NCBI GenBank assembly: GCA_963799925.1
Contig: CAWCYZ010000004.1
Span: 903,445 to 967,444 of the forward strand
Direction of reading: 5' to 3'
Origin: an uncultured Acidobacteriota bacterium
GTDB lineage: Bacteria; Acidobacteriota; Thermoanaerobaculia; Multivoradales; UBA5704
Length of the DNA stretch: 64,000 bases
Made by a program: the position numbers and the translations under genes. Each line of letters begins with the position of its first letter. Positions within the stretch are counted from its first letter, which is position 1. Of the stretch, positions 18,248 through 26,526 are shown one piece after another. The notes under the pieces were generated by a model. That model had not been told where the DNA came from, ran no database searches, and saw nothing but the letters and a program-made list of their open reading frames with translations.

Positions 18248-19474
18248 GTGGCGACCATCGCGGTTCTCTGTGACTTTGAAGAGGGACACTTCTTCACCAG
18301 CTTCAAGCTCGCCAAGGAGCTGCGAGCGCGCGGGCACGGGGTCCATTACCTCGGGCCGGCGAGCACCGAGACTTTGGTGCGGGGGCAGGGCTTCGAGCTG
18401 GTGCCGATCTTCGAGCAGCTCCTGGGCGGCATCGGCAGCTCCTCGCAGGCGCAGGCGCTCACCTCCGGGCCCGAGCTCTTCGGCGAGCTCATCCATGGCG
18501 AATCGCTCGACGGGGCGATGCGCCGCCTGGCGCCCGACCTGGTCCTGATGCTGTCGCTCTTCTATCCCGAGGCCCTGGCCGTCCACTTCCGGTACCGCGT
18601 CCCCATCGTCCTGTGGCAGACCTTCGCCCGCGCCGCGCGGCGGACCCGCGCCGAGCTCGTCACGGGCAAGATCGCCGAGCGCCTGATGAACCTCAAGGCG
18701 TCGGACCTCGACGCGGTGATCCAGGCGGCGACCGCCGCGGGGTACCGGTTCCGCTCCTTCAAGGACCTGGCGGCGCCGGTCCTGCGGATGCCCGAGCTCG
18801 CCGTCATGCCCCGCGCCCTCGAGCTGCCGGACGTGCTGGACGACCCGAACGTCTTCTACGTCGGCACCGGGATCGACCTCGTCCGCCGCGAGGAGCCGTT
18901 CCCGTGGGGTGAGATCGCCGGCGGCCGCTACCTGGTCTACTGCTCGCTGGGGAGCCAGTGCGATCTCGAGCCCGAGACGGCGCGCCGGTTCTTCCACGCG
19001 GTCCTCGGCGCGGCGGCGGCCCATCCGGAATGGCAGCTCATCCTCTCGGTGGGCCGGGGCTGCGATCCCGCCGAGCTGCCGCCGGCGCCGGCCAACCTCC
19101 ATCTGAGCCGCTGGGTGCCGCAGCTCGCCGTCCTCGAGCGCGCCGATCTCATGGTCACGCATGGTGGCGCCGGGACGGTCAAGGAGTGCATCCTGCTCGG
19201 GGTGCCGATGGTGGTGCTGCCGTTGATGCGCGACCAGTTCGGGATGGCCCGGCGCGTCGTCCACCACCGCCTCGGCATCGCCGGCAGCCTGGCCGAGATC
19301 ACCGCCGAAGCGCTGAGCTCCCTGATCGCCGAGGCGGCGGCGGACGGCTCGCTCCCGGCGCGGGTCGAAGCGATGGGGCAGCTCTGCCGCGAGGAGGACC
19401 GGTCGAGCGTCGGCGTCGACGTCATCGAGGCGGCCCTGGCCGGCGTCCCCGCCCTGTCGAGCGGGAGCGCCTGA
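18248..19474 (+). CDS. GT1-family UDP-glycosyltransferase (MGT/macrolide-glycosyltransferase-like)
   Basis: 408-aa ORF. The N-terminus is IAVLCDFEEGHFFTSFKLAKELRARGHGVHYLG and the C-terminal nucleotide-sugar motif is THGGAGTVKECILLGVPMVVLPLMRDQFGMARRV. Confidence 0.85.
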   Translation: MATIAVLCDFEEGHFFTSFKLAKELRARGHGVHYLGPASTETLVRGQGFELVPIFEQLLGGIGSSSQAQALTSGPELFGELIHGESLDGAMRRLAPDLVLMLSLFYPEALAVHFRYRVPIVLWQTFARAARRTRAELVTGKIAERLMNLKASDLDAVIQAATAAGYRFRSFKDLAAPVLRMPELAVMPRALELPDVLDDPNVFYVGTGIDLVRREEPFPWGEIAGGRYLVYCSLGSQCDLEPETARRFFHAVLGAAAAHPEWQLILSVGRGCDPAELPPAPANLHLSRWVPQLAVLERADLMVTHGGAGTVKECILLGVPMVVLPLMRDQFGMARRVVHHRLGIAGSLAEITAEALSSLIAEAAADGSLPARVEAMGQLCREEDRSSVGVDVIEAALAGVPALSSGSA

Positions 19475-19564
19475 CGCCGGTCGCCTGACGCCCGGCGGGT
19501 CGACCCACGCTCCGGAGCCTCTTCGATCGAGGCATGCCGCATACTGAAGCCTGGAGGAGATGAC

Positions 19565-20374
19565 ATGGACGAGCAACAAAGCGTATTGAGAGAGATCCAG
19601 GACAAGGTGCAGCAGATCGTCACCTTCCTGGCCAAGCTGGAACGCGTCGGCAACAACCTGACGATGTTCAGCATCATCTCCGCGGGTCTCGCCGCACTGC
19701 TGACCGCTCTGGCGGCGGCCTTCGGCTTCCACGCCGCCAGCTCGGCGTCCACCCCTTGGAGGATTCTTCTCGGCGTCGCCACCGTGCTCTCGGGCGGCGC
19801 GTCGATGGCGACCAATTTGTACAAATCCCGCGATATCTCGACCAAGCTTTCCAAGGCTCAAGGCTGCAACGCGAAGCTCCAAGCGATCGAGCGGCAGCTC
19901 AGGTCGAATCTCATCTCTCCGGCGGAGGCCATCAATCAGTTCAATGCCGCCCTCGAGAGCATTCCATTCGTTCGGGAGGATCCCCGGCCCAATCTCGATG
20001 TCGTCGATGGCAGGATCGACAAACCGGCTCCCCAGGAGGCGGTCGAGGCCGGTTTCACCTGTTCGGGAGTGGCGAGCGGGCCGAGCACGTCCCTTTGGCT
20101 GGCTGTCGAGGTCGGCAAGAGCATCTGGCCGAAAAAGGCGGTTTACGTGAACAAGGATGGATCGTGGAGCCGAGAGGTCTTCGAACAGGGGATCGTCGCC
20201 GAGTTCGACCTCTCGCTCTGGGCCGCCGACGAACGCGGCGATCGCTATATACGGGATTGGTTCAAGCGGGGCGACGCCAAGCGCGACTATCCCGAGCTGC
20301 AGGGAACGCCCGGCATGGTACGGCTCCACCGCGTGAGCGGCCTGCGCCTCAAGAAGCGCGATCAGCCCGGCTGA
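19565..20374 (+). CDS. 2-TM protein with an unknown C-terminal domain (SLATT-like topology, unverified)
   Basis: 269-aa ORF. It has an N-terminal helix, two adjacent TM helices (MFSIISAGLAALLTALAAAFGF; ILLGVATVLSGGASMATNLY), another helix, then ~130 aa of beta-rich sequence. G+C is noticeably lower than in its neighbours. Confidence 0.65.
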   Translation: MDEQQSVLREIQDKVQQIVTFLAKLERVGNNLTMFSIISAGLAALLTALAAAFGFHAASSASTPWRILLGVATVLSGGASMATNLYKSRDISTKLSKAQGCNAKLQAIERQLRSNLISPAEAINQFNAALESIPFVREDPRPNLDVVDGRIDKPAPQEAVEAGFTCSGVASGPSTSLWLAVEVGKSIWPKKAVYVNKDGSWSREVFEQGIVAEFDLSLWAADERGDRYIRDWFKRGDAKRDYPELQGTPGMVRLHRVSGLRLKKRDQPG

Positions 20375-20428
20375 AGGGCTGGCGCGCTCGGCCGATGCGA
20401 CAGTGTGCCGGAACCGCCGGCCGGCCGA

Positions 20429-21214
20429 TCAGACCATCAGGTCGCCGCCGTTGATGTCGAGGGATGCACCGGTGATGTAACCGGCCTCCTCGGAGGCGAG
20501 GAAGGCGATCAGGTCGGCGACCTCGGCCGCCCTGCCGAGCCGCTGGACGGGGAAGGAGCGCGCGTGGGCCGCCAGCTCCTCGGGCGTCGCGTGCTCCCGC
20601 GTCAGCTCGGTGTCGATGAGCCCCGGGCAGACGGCGTTGACCGTGATGCCGTAGGGCCCGAGCTCCTTGGCGGCGGCGCGGGTGAGCCCGAGGAGACCCG
20701 CCTTGGAGGCGGTGTAGTGGGCGCCGCCCAGCGTGCTCACGCTCTTGCCCGCCGTCGACGAGAGGTTGACGACGCGGCCGTAGCGGTTGGCCTTCATCGC
20801 CGGCACCGCCGCCTGCGTGCAGAGGAAGGCGGCGGTCAAGTTGACGTCGAGGGCGCGCCGCCACTCCTCCTCGGAGATCTGCTCGAAGCGCGTCGAGTAG
20901 GCGGCGGCCGCGTTGTTGACCAGGATGTCCAACCGGCCGAAGCGGTCGAGCGCCCGCTCGACGAGCGCGCGGACGGTCGGCGAGCCGGCGACGTCGCCGG
21001 GGAGCACGAGCACACGGTCGCCGAAAGGCTCGAGGTCGCGCTCGAGCGCCGCCGCCTGCTCGGGACGGCGGACGTTGAGCGCCACGCCGGCCCCGCCGGC
21101 CAGCAGCCGCTCGGCCGTCGCCCGCCCGAGGCCGCGGGCGGCGCCGGTGATCAGCGCGACGCGTCCGGAGAGCTCGTTGGGCATTCGAGGGGCCTTGAGG
21201 GACAGGGGTTTCAT
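20429..21214 (-). CDS. short-chain dehydrogenase/reductase (FabG-like)
   Basis: 261-aa ORF with ALITGAARGLGRA (TGxxxGxG), NNAA, and YTASKAGLLGLTR (YxxxK). Confidence 0.85.
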   Translation of the reverse strand: MKPLSLKAPRMPNELSGRVALITGAARGLGRATAERLLAGGAGVALNVRRPEQAAALERDLEPFGDRVLVLPGDVAGSPTVRALVERALDRFGRLDILVNNAAAAYSTRFEQISEEEWRRALDVNLTAAFLCTQAAVPAMKANRYGRVVNLSSTAGKSVSTLGGAHYTASKAGLLGLTRAAAKELGPYGITVNAVCPGLIDTELTREHATPEELAAHARSFPVQRLGRAAEVADLIAFLASEEAGYITGASLDINGGDLMV

Positions 21215-21242
21215 CGTGCCGCCCGGCGGCGTCCGGCGCCGC

Positions 21243-23667
21243 TCAGGGCGTCCGCAGCGTCGTCGCCGGGTCGATGCGGGTCGCCTTCTGGGCCGGCAGC
21301 AGGCAGGCGACGAAGGCGATGCCGCCGAGGATCACCGCGGCGGCGGCGAAGTGGAGCGGGTCGACGCCCTCGACCCCGAAGAGCTGGCTCTCGAGCGCCC
21401 GGCCGGCGAAGTACGAGCCGATCGTCCCCAGCGCGAGCCCGGGCACGATCCAGCGGGCGCCCAGCCGCAGCACGTTCTCGAGCACCTGGCCGCGGCTCGC
21501 TCCCAGCGCCATGCGCACGCCGATCTCGCGGCGGCGCAGGAAGATGGAGTGCGCCACCACGCCGTAGATCCCCAGCAGGCAGAGCAGCAGGGCGAGGGCG
21601 GAGAAGCCGGAGAACAGCCCGGTCGTCAGGCGGCGCCGCGCGGTGGCGGTCGAGAGCATGGCCGCCATCGTCGTCATCTCGGGCAGCGGCTCGCCGGGGT
21701 CGATGGCGCTCACCTCGCGGCGCAGAGACTCCGCCACGCTCGCCATCGGCAGGCTGGTGCGGATCGCCAGGTTCATGAAGTCGGGAGGCGACTGCTCGAC
21801 GCCCACCTGGTGCTGGAACAGGAAGACCGTCGGCTCGACGCCGTCCTCGAGCGGATCCTGCTGGATGTCCTCGACGACCCCGACGATCTCGAGCGGCGAC
21901 TTGCCGCTGCGCAGCCGCAGGTGCTTGCCGAGGGGGCTCTCGGCGGGGAAGTAGAGCTTCTGCAGCGAGCGGTTGATGATCGCCGTCAGCGGGGCGTCGG
22001 GGGCGATCTGCGGATCGAAGTCGTGCCCGGCCAGGAAGGGGGTTTTGAGGGTCCGGAAGTACCCGGCGCCGGTGACCAGGCGCAGGACCAGCGGCTGCTT
22101 GTCCGGGGAGCGGCGCCTGGCCTTCGACGGTCAGCTTGGTGTGCGGCGCGCCGGCGGTCGGCGGGTATTCGATCAAGGCCGCCGACTGCACCCCGGGGAG
22201 CCGGCGGACGCGCTCCTCGAGCCCCTCGAAGAAGACCCGCCGCGCCGCCACCCCCGGGTACTTGGCGTCGGGGAGCGTGATCTGCACGAACAGCAGGTCG
22301 TCGGGGGCGAAGCCCAGGTCGAGGGCGTTGACCCGCTGCAGGCTGCGCAGCAGGAGACCGGCGGCGGAGAGCAGCACCAGCGCGAGGGCGATCTGGAGCG
22401 TCACCAGGAGCCCCTGGCCCCAATGGGCGCGCCGTCCCCCGGTGGCGCCGCGCTCCCCCTCGGCGAGGAAGCTCTTGGGGTCGGTGCGCAGGGTCTGCCA
22501 GGCGGGGGCGAGGCCGGCGAGGACGCCGGCCAGCGCGGTGACGAGGAGGGCGAAGGCGAGGGCGCGGCCGGAGAGGTCGACCTCGCCGATGCGCGGCAGG
22601 TCGGCGGGGTTGGCGGCGACCAGCAGCCGCAGCCCCCAGTAGGCGAGGAGCACTCCCAGCGCGCCGCCGGCGAAGGCGATCAGCAGGCTCTCGCGCAGGG
22701 TCTGGCCGAAGATGTGGCGCCGCCCGGCTCCGAGCGCGACGCGGGCGGCGATCTCGCGCCGCCGCGACAGGCCGTCGGCGAGCAGGAGGTTGGCGACGTC
22801 GGCGCAGGCGATCAGCAGCACCAGGCCGACGGCGGCGAGGAGCACCAGGAGCGTCGTGCGGGTGGTCCCCACCAGGAGCTCGTTCAAGGGCACGGCGGCG
22901 AGCGGATAGGTGGTGTCGAGCTGGCCCGGCAGGTCCGCCTTGTAGGCCGCCCCGATGCGGTCGAGGTCGCGCCGCGCGGCGGCGAGCGAGGCGCCGGGCC
23001 TCAGGCGCGCCACCACCTGCAGGTAGCCCGCCCCCAGCTCCAGCGCCTTGCGGCTCAGGAAGTTGGCCTCGTCCGGGCGCGGCAGCCAGAGCTGGACGCC
23101 GCGGAACGGGAAGCGCAGGACGTCCGGCAGGACGCCGACGACGGTCGTCGGGAGGCCCTCGATCTGCAGGCTCCTGCCGAGGATCGACCGGTCGCCGCCG
23201 AAGCGCTGCCGCCAGTAGCCATAGGAGAGGAGCGCCACGTTGCCGCCGCCCCGCCTCTGCTCGTCGGCGGTGAAGGTGCGCCCGAGGAGCGGGCGCACCG
23301 CCCAGACGTCGAAGAAGGCGCCGCTCACCCGCACCCCGGAGAGCTCCTCCGGCCGCTCCCGCTCGGTCAATCCGAAATCGCTCTGGTAGTACGCGGCGAC
23401 GGCCGCGGTCTCGCGGCTCTCGGCCGCCAGCGCCTGGAACTTCGGCCAGGAGACCTCCTTGAGGTCCTTCTGGCCGGTCACCGCGGCGCCGATCTCGATC
23501 AGCCGGTCGGCGTCGCGGTACGGCAGGGGGCGCAGGGCGACGGTGTCGAGCAGGCTGAAGATCGCCGTGCTGGCGCCGATGCCGAGGGCCAGGGTGAGGA
23601 CGGCTGTCGCGGTCAGGCCGGGGCGCCTCGCGAGCGCGCGGGTGCTCTGGCCGATTTCGCGCAGCAT
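21243..23667 (-). CDS. second ADOP-family duplicated FtsX permease, with a frameshift near 22100
   Basis: The N-terminal ~520 aa of ORF 21211..23667 are protein-like (CADVANLLLADGLSRRREIAARVALGA...). The C-terminal FtsX half continues in another frame (ORF 21243..21806: ...HSIFLRRREIGVRMALGASRGQV...). The junction is at cttgtccggggagcggcgcc, ~22095-22110. Confidence 0.8.
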
Positions 23668-23862
23668 CTAGAGTCTCCGAGAGTCTCCGGGGTTCCTCGT
23701 CCATCGCTCGCCGAAGCTCCGCGGATGATACCAGCAGCCGAGAGGCGGGCGGGGCAGGGGCTGCTGTCGCGCCTGGATCGGCCGGCCGCACCGTCCTCTT
23801 CAGTAGGCTGGCGCGCCGCCGGCCCGCCGAACCGGTCCCCGCGGACCGATAAAGGAGGCAAC

Positions 23863-23988
23863 ATGAAGGAAGCTCAGGCAGTCAACGATGCGAAGGCCTT
23901 GCAGGTCAAGGGCCTGCGGCCGAGCCGGCTGCAGGATCCCCTGCTGTCCAGCCCGGTGACGAACGGCCCGACCGTCATCTTCGTCTAG
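23863..23988 (+). CDS. candidate precursor peptide 1 (41 aa)
   Basis: MKEAQAVNDAKALQVKGLRPSRLQDPLLSSPVTNGPTVIFV. SD aaaggagg ends 5 nt before the ATG. It is visible as the C-terminal tail of the spurious ORF 21973..23988 and is paralogous to peptides 2 and 3. Confidence 0.7.
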   Translation: MKEAQAVNDAKALQVKGLRPSRLQDPLLSSPVTNGPTVIFV

Positions 23989-24003
23989 CCGCGAGAGGGT
24001 GGA

Positions 24004-24039
24004 GCGCCCCTTCCCCTTCCACGGGCGGGGAAGGGGCGC
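24004..24039 (+). promoter_or_regulatory. 13-bp G+C-rich stem-loop after peptide gene 1
   Basis: gcgccccttcccc (24004-24016), a 10-nt loop, then ggggaaggggcgc (24027-24039), a perfect complement. There is no following U-tract. Confidence 0.55.
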
Positions 24040-24224
24040 GGGGCGCGGGGAGCGAGCCCCGTCGAGGGGAGCCCGCCTGTCCCGGCGCGAGCGGTCCGGC
24101 GCACCTTGGAGAGAGGAGCGCTGCGACTGCGCCCATCGCTGCAGCGACCGGCGGGACGTCCCGCGGGCCGGGCGGCGGTCGGCCGGCGCGGAGACCGTCG
24201 CGATGATGCGACGAAGGAGGCAAC

Positions 24225-24362
24225 ATGCAGGTAGCCCCGGCAGTCAACAGCCCAGCCGACGGCGTCAAGACCCTGCGCCTGGCGGCCCTGCGGCCGAGCC
24301 GGTTGCAGGATCCCATGCTGGACGCCCCGGTGAAGACGTCCCCGATCCCCATCTACGTCTAG
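24225..24362 (+). CDS. candidate precursor peptide 2 (45 aa)
   Basis: MQVAPAVNSPADGVKTLRLAALRPSRLQDPMLDAPVKTSPIPIYV. SD gaaggagg ends 5 nt before the ATG. It is below the ORF-track length cutoff. Confidence 0.7.
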   Translation: MQVAPAVNSPADGVKTLRLAALRPSRLQDPMLDAPVKTSPIPIYV

Positions 24363-24388
24363 CCGCGCGGACCCGCCGTGGCGGCAGG

Positions 24389-24416
24389 GGCCAGCCGCCG
24401 CGGGCGGCGGCTGGCC
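24389..24416 (+). promoter_or_regulatory. 12-bp G+C-rich stem-loop after peptide gene 2
   Basis: ggccagccgccg, cggg, cggcggctggcc: a perfect 12-bp stem with a 4-nt loop and no U-tract. Confidence 0.55.
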
Positions 24417-24459
24417 TGCCAGGAGGTCGACGTCGCCCGATCCCGACCCAGGAGGAACG

Positions 24460-24582
24460 ATGAAGGAAGCCCCAGCCCTCGAGCCCACCGCCCTACGCCT
24501 CGCGGCCCTACGGCCGAGCCGGTTGCAGGATCCCCTGCTCGGCGCCCCGATCAAGACGTCCCCGATCCGGATCTTCGTGTAA
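24460..24582 (+). CDS. candidate precursor peptide 3 (40 aa)
   Basis: MKEAPALEPTALRLAALRPSRLQDPLLGAPIKTSPIRIFV. SD caggagga ends a few nt before the ATG. The gene ends 51 nt before the radical SAM gene. Confidence 0.7.
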   Translation: MKEAPALEPTALRLAALRPSRLQDPLLGAPIKTSPIRIFV

Positions 24583-24633
24583 CGACAGACAGTCCAGAGC
24601 GGTGGAGCCACGGACCGCAAGGAGAATGAGGCG

Positions 24634-26526
24634 ATGAGAGTTCTGCTGTTGCAACCGCCACTGCTTCCGGCCGCGGAAGTGACTCCACCGCTCGGTCTCA
24701 CCACCCTCGCCTCATGGTTGATGGCGCGCGGCCACGAGGCCCGCATCCTGGACCTCGACCTCGAGGTGCGGGAGCGCGACTCGGCGGCCGAGGACCGCTA
24801 CGTCCCCCAGTTCGAGCGCACCCTCGACGAGTTCGCGCCCGACGTCTGCGCCGTCACCTCGATGTACAGCAACAGCCTGCAGGCCGAGCACCTGGTGCGC
24901 GCCGCGAAAAGGCGCCGGCCGGAGCTCGTCACGGTGACCGGCGGCGCGCACTTCGGCGCCCTCGGACCCGCCTCGCTCCGCCGCCTGCCGGAGCTCGACT
25001 TCGCCATCCAGGGGGAGGGCGAGCCCGCCCTCTCCGGGCTGCTCGACGCGCTGGCGGCCGGCACCTCCTGGAAGGGCATCCCCTCCCTCTGCTACCGCGC
25101 CGACGGCGAGATCCACACCAACCCCGCGGCGCCGCAGATCGACCTCGCGACCCTGCCGCCCATGTGGACCACCCTGGGCGATGCCCTGAGCGTCGAGCGC
25201 TACGTCCGCACCATCCAGCCGGGCGGCCGCCGCATCGTCTACATCGAGGCCGGCCGGGGATGCCCCTTCGCGTGCACCTTCTGCGCCACGGCGCCGTTCT
25301 GGAAGCGGCAGTTCCGCGTCAAGCCGGCCGAGCGGATCGTCGACGAGATCCGCTTCCTGCACCAGGAGCACGGCTACGACAGCTTCATGCTGGTGCACGA
25401 CCTGCTGACGGTGAGCCACAAGTTCATGGAGCAGTTCTGCGACGCCATGCTGGAGGCCAGGCTCCCCGTCGAGTGGATGGCCAACTCGCGCATCGACATC
25501 CGCCTCAAGGGGCTGCTGCCGAAGATGAAGGCCTCGGGGTGCTGGAAGCTCTTCTTCGGCGTCGAGTCCGCCTCGGCGCGGGTGCAGGCGATCGTCGACA
25601 AGCACCTCGATCCGGCGGACGCCGAGACCACCGTCACCGAGCTCTCGAAGCACGGGATCTCCTGCACCTGCTCGTTCGTCCTCGGGCAGCCCGACGAGCG
25701 GGCGGACGAGCTGTCGGAGACCATCGCCCTGGGGGCGCGGCTCAAGCTGCTGGGGGCGGAGACGGTGCAGTTCCACCGCCTGCGCATGTGGCCGCCGGCG
25801 CCGATCACCAAGCTGCCCCTGCCGGTCGAGTTCGACCTCGACTCGCTGCGCATCGAGTACCCGTTCCCGCAGGTGCCGGCCGAGCACGTCGACGCGATCC
25901 GCGCCGACAACTCCTTCTTCAGCGGCTATTTCGTGCCGGATACGATCGCCGGCACGGCCCCCCAGCTGGCGCAGGTCGAGATGTTCTTCCATCATGCGGT
26001 GACCCTCGCCCCGTTCACCGTCGCCGCCCTGGGCCAGCTGGCGCACGGCGCCCTCGTCCCCGCCTTCTATGGCGCTCTGGCCGAGGAGGGCCCCCTGCAG
26101 CGCGAGCAGCTCAGCTGGGACGCCGCCGAGCCGCCGCACGCCAACTGGCGCACGCTGCGGCCGCTCTTCACCTCCCTCATCTCCCGCCATGCCGGGTTGA
26201 GCGACGAGCACAAGAGCCTGATCCAGGGGCTCTTCGGCTACGAGGAGTGGCGCCTCCACGTCACCCACGGCGTGCCGACGCCGGAGCCCGCCGCCGCCGG
26301 CGGCGACAACTGGTCGGCCTACCTCTCGCCGCTCGACGTCGCCGCGGCCCTCGATCGCGTCCGCGCCGGCGAGGAGCTGGACGAGGAGCTGCTGACGCCG
26401 GGGATCCTCATCCTGGCGCGCGACGCCTCCGGCGGCTTCGCCTCCTACGAGCTGGACGCCGATCAGCTGCCGGAGCTGAAGCGGCCCGACAGCGAGCTGG
26501 TGCGCACCCTCTCCGCCGTCAATTGA
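24634..26526 (+). CDS. B12-binding-domain radical SAM enzyme (class B) with a ~250-aa Cys-free C-terminal extension
   Basis: 630-aa ORF. The N-terminus MRVLLLQPP...GLTTLASWLMARGHEARILDLD...VCAVTSMY...VTGGAHF is typical of the cobalamin-binding domain. The CxxxCxxC cluster GRGCPFACTFCA is at codons 210-217 (nt 25261-25284). GVESAS and the FVLGQP TIM-barrel segments are present. There is no SPASM-type Cys cluster. Confidence 0.85.
   Translation: MRVLLLQPPLLPAAEVTPPLGLTTLASWLMARGHEARILDLDLEVRERDSAAEDRYVPQFERTLDEFAPDVCAVTSMYSNSLQAEHLVRAAKRRRPELVTVTGGAHFGALGPASLRRLPELDFAIQGEGEPALSGLLDALAAGTSWKGIPSLCYRADGEIHTNPAAPQIDLATLPPMWTTLGDALSVERYVRTIQPGGRRIVYIEAGRGCPFACTFCATAPFWKRQFRVKPAERIVDEIRFLHQEHGYDSFMLVHDLLTVSHKFMEQFCDAMLEARLPVEWMANSRIDIRLKGLLPKMKASGCWKLFFGVESASARVQAIVDKHLDPADAETTVTELSKHGISCTCSFVLGQPDERADELSETIALGARLKLLGAETVQFHRLRMWPPAPITKLPLPVEFDLDSLRIEYPFPQVPAEHVDAIRADNSFFSGYFVPDTIAGTAPQLAQVEMFFHHAVTLAPFTVAALGQLAHGALVPAFYGALAEEGPLQREQLSWDAAEPPHANWRTLRPLFTSLISRHAGLSDEHKSLIQGLFGYEEWRLHVTHGVPTPEPAAAGGDNWSAYLSPLDVAAALDRVRAGEELDEELLTPGILILARDASGGFASYELDADQLPELKRPDSELVRTLSAVN

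Noticed and set aside
18191-20329. 712-aa minus-strand ORF opposite the glycosyltransferase and 2-TM genes
   Set aside because: It is an antisense shadow with no motifs, while the + strand frames give a GT1 signature and clean TM helices.
24004-24039. Calling the post-peptide hairpins rho-independent terminators
   Set aside because: No U-tract follows either stem, so I report them only as stable stem-loops of possible regulatory significance.
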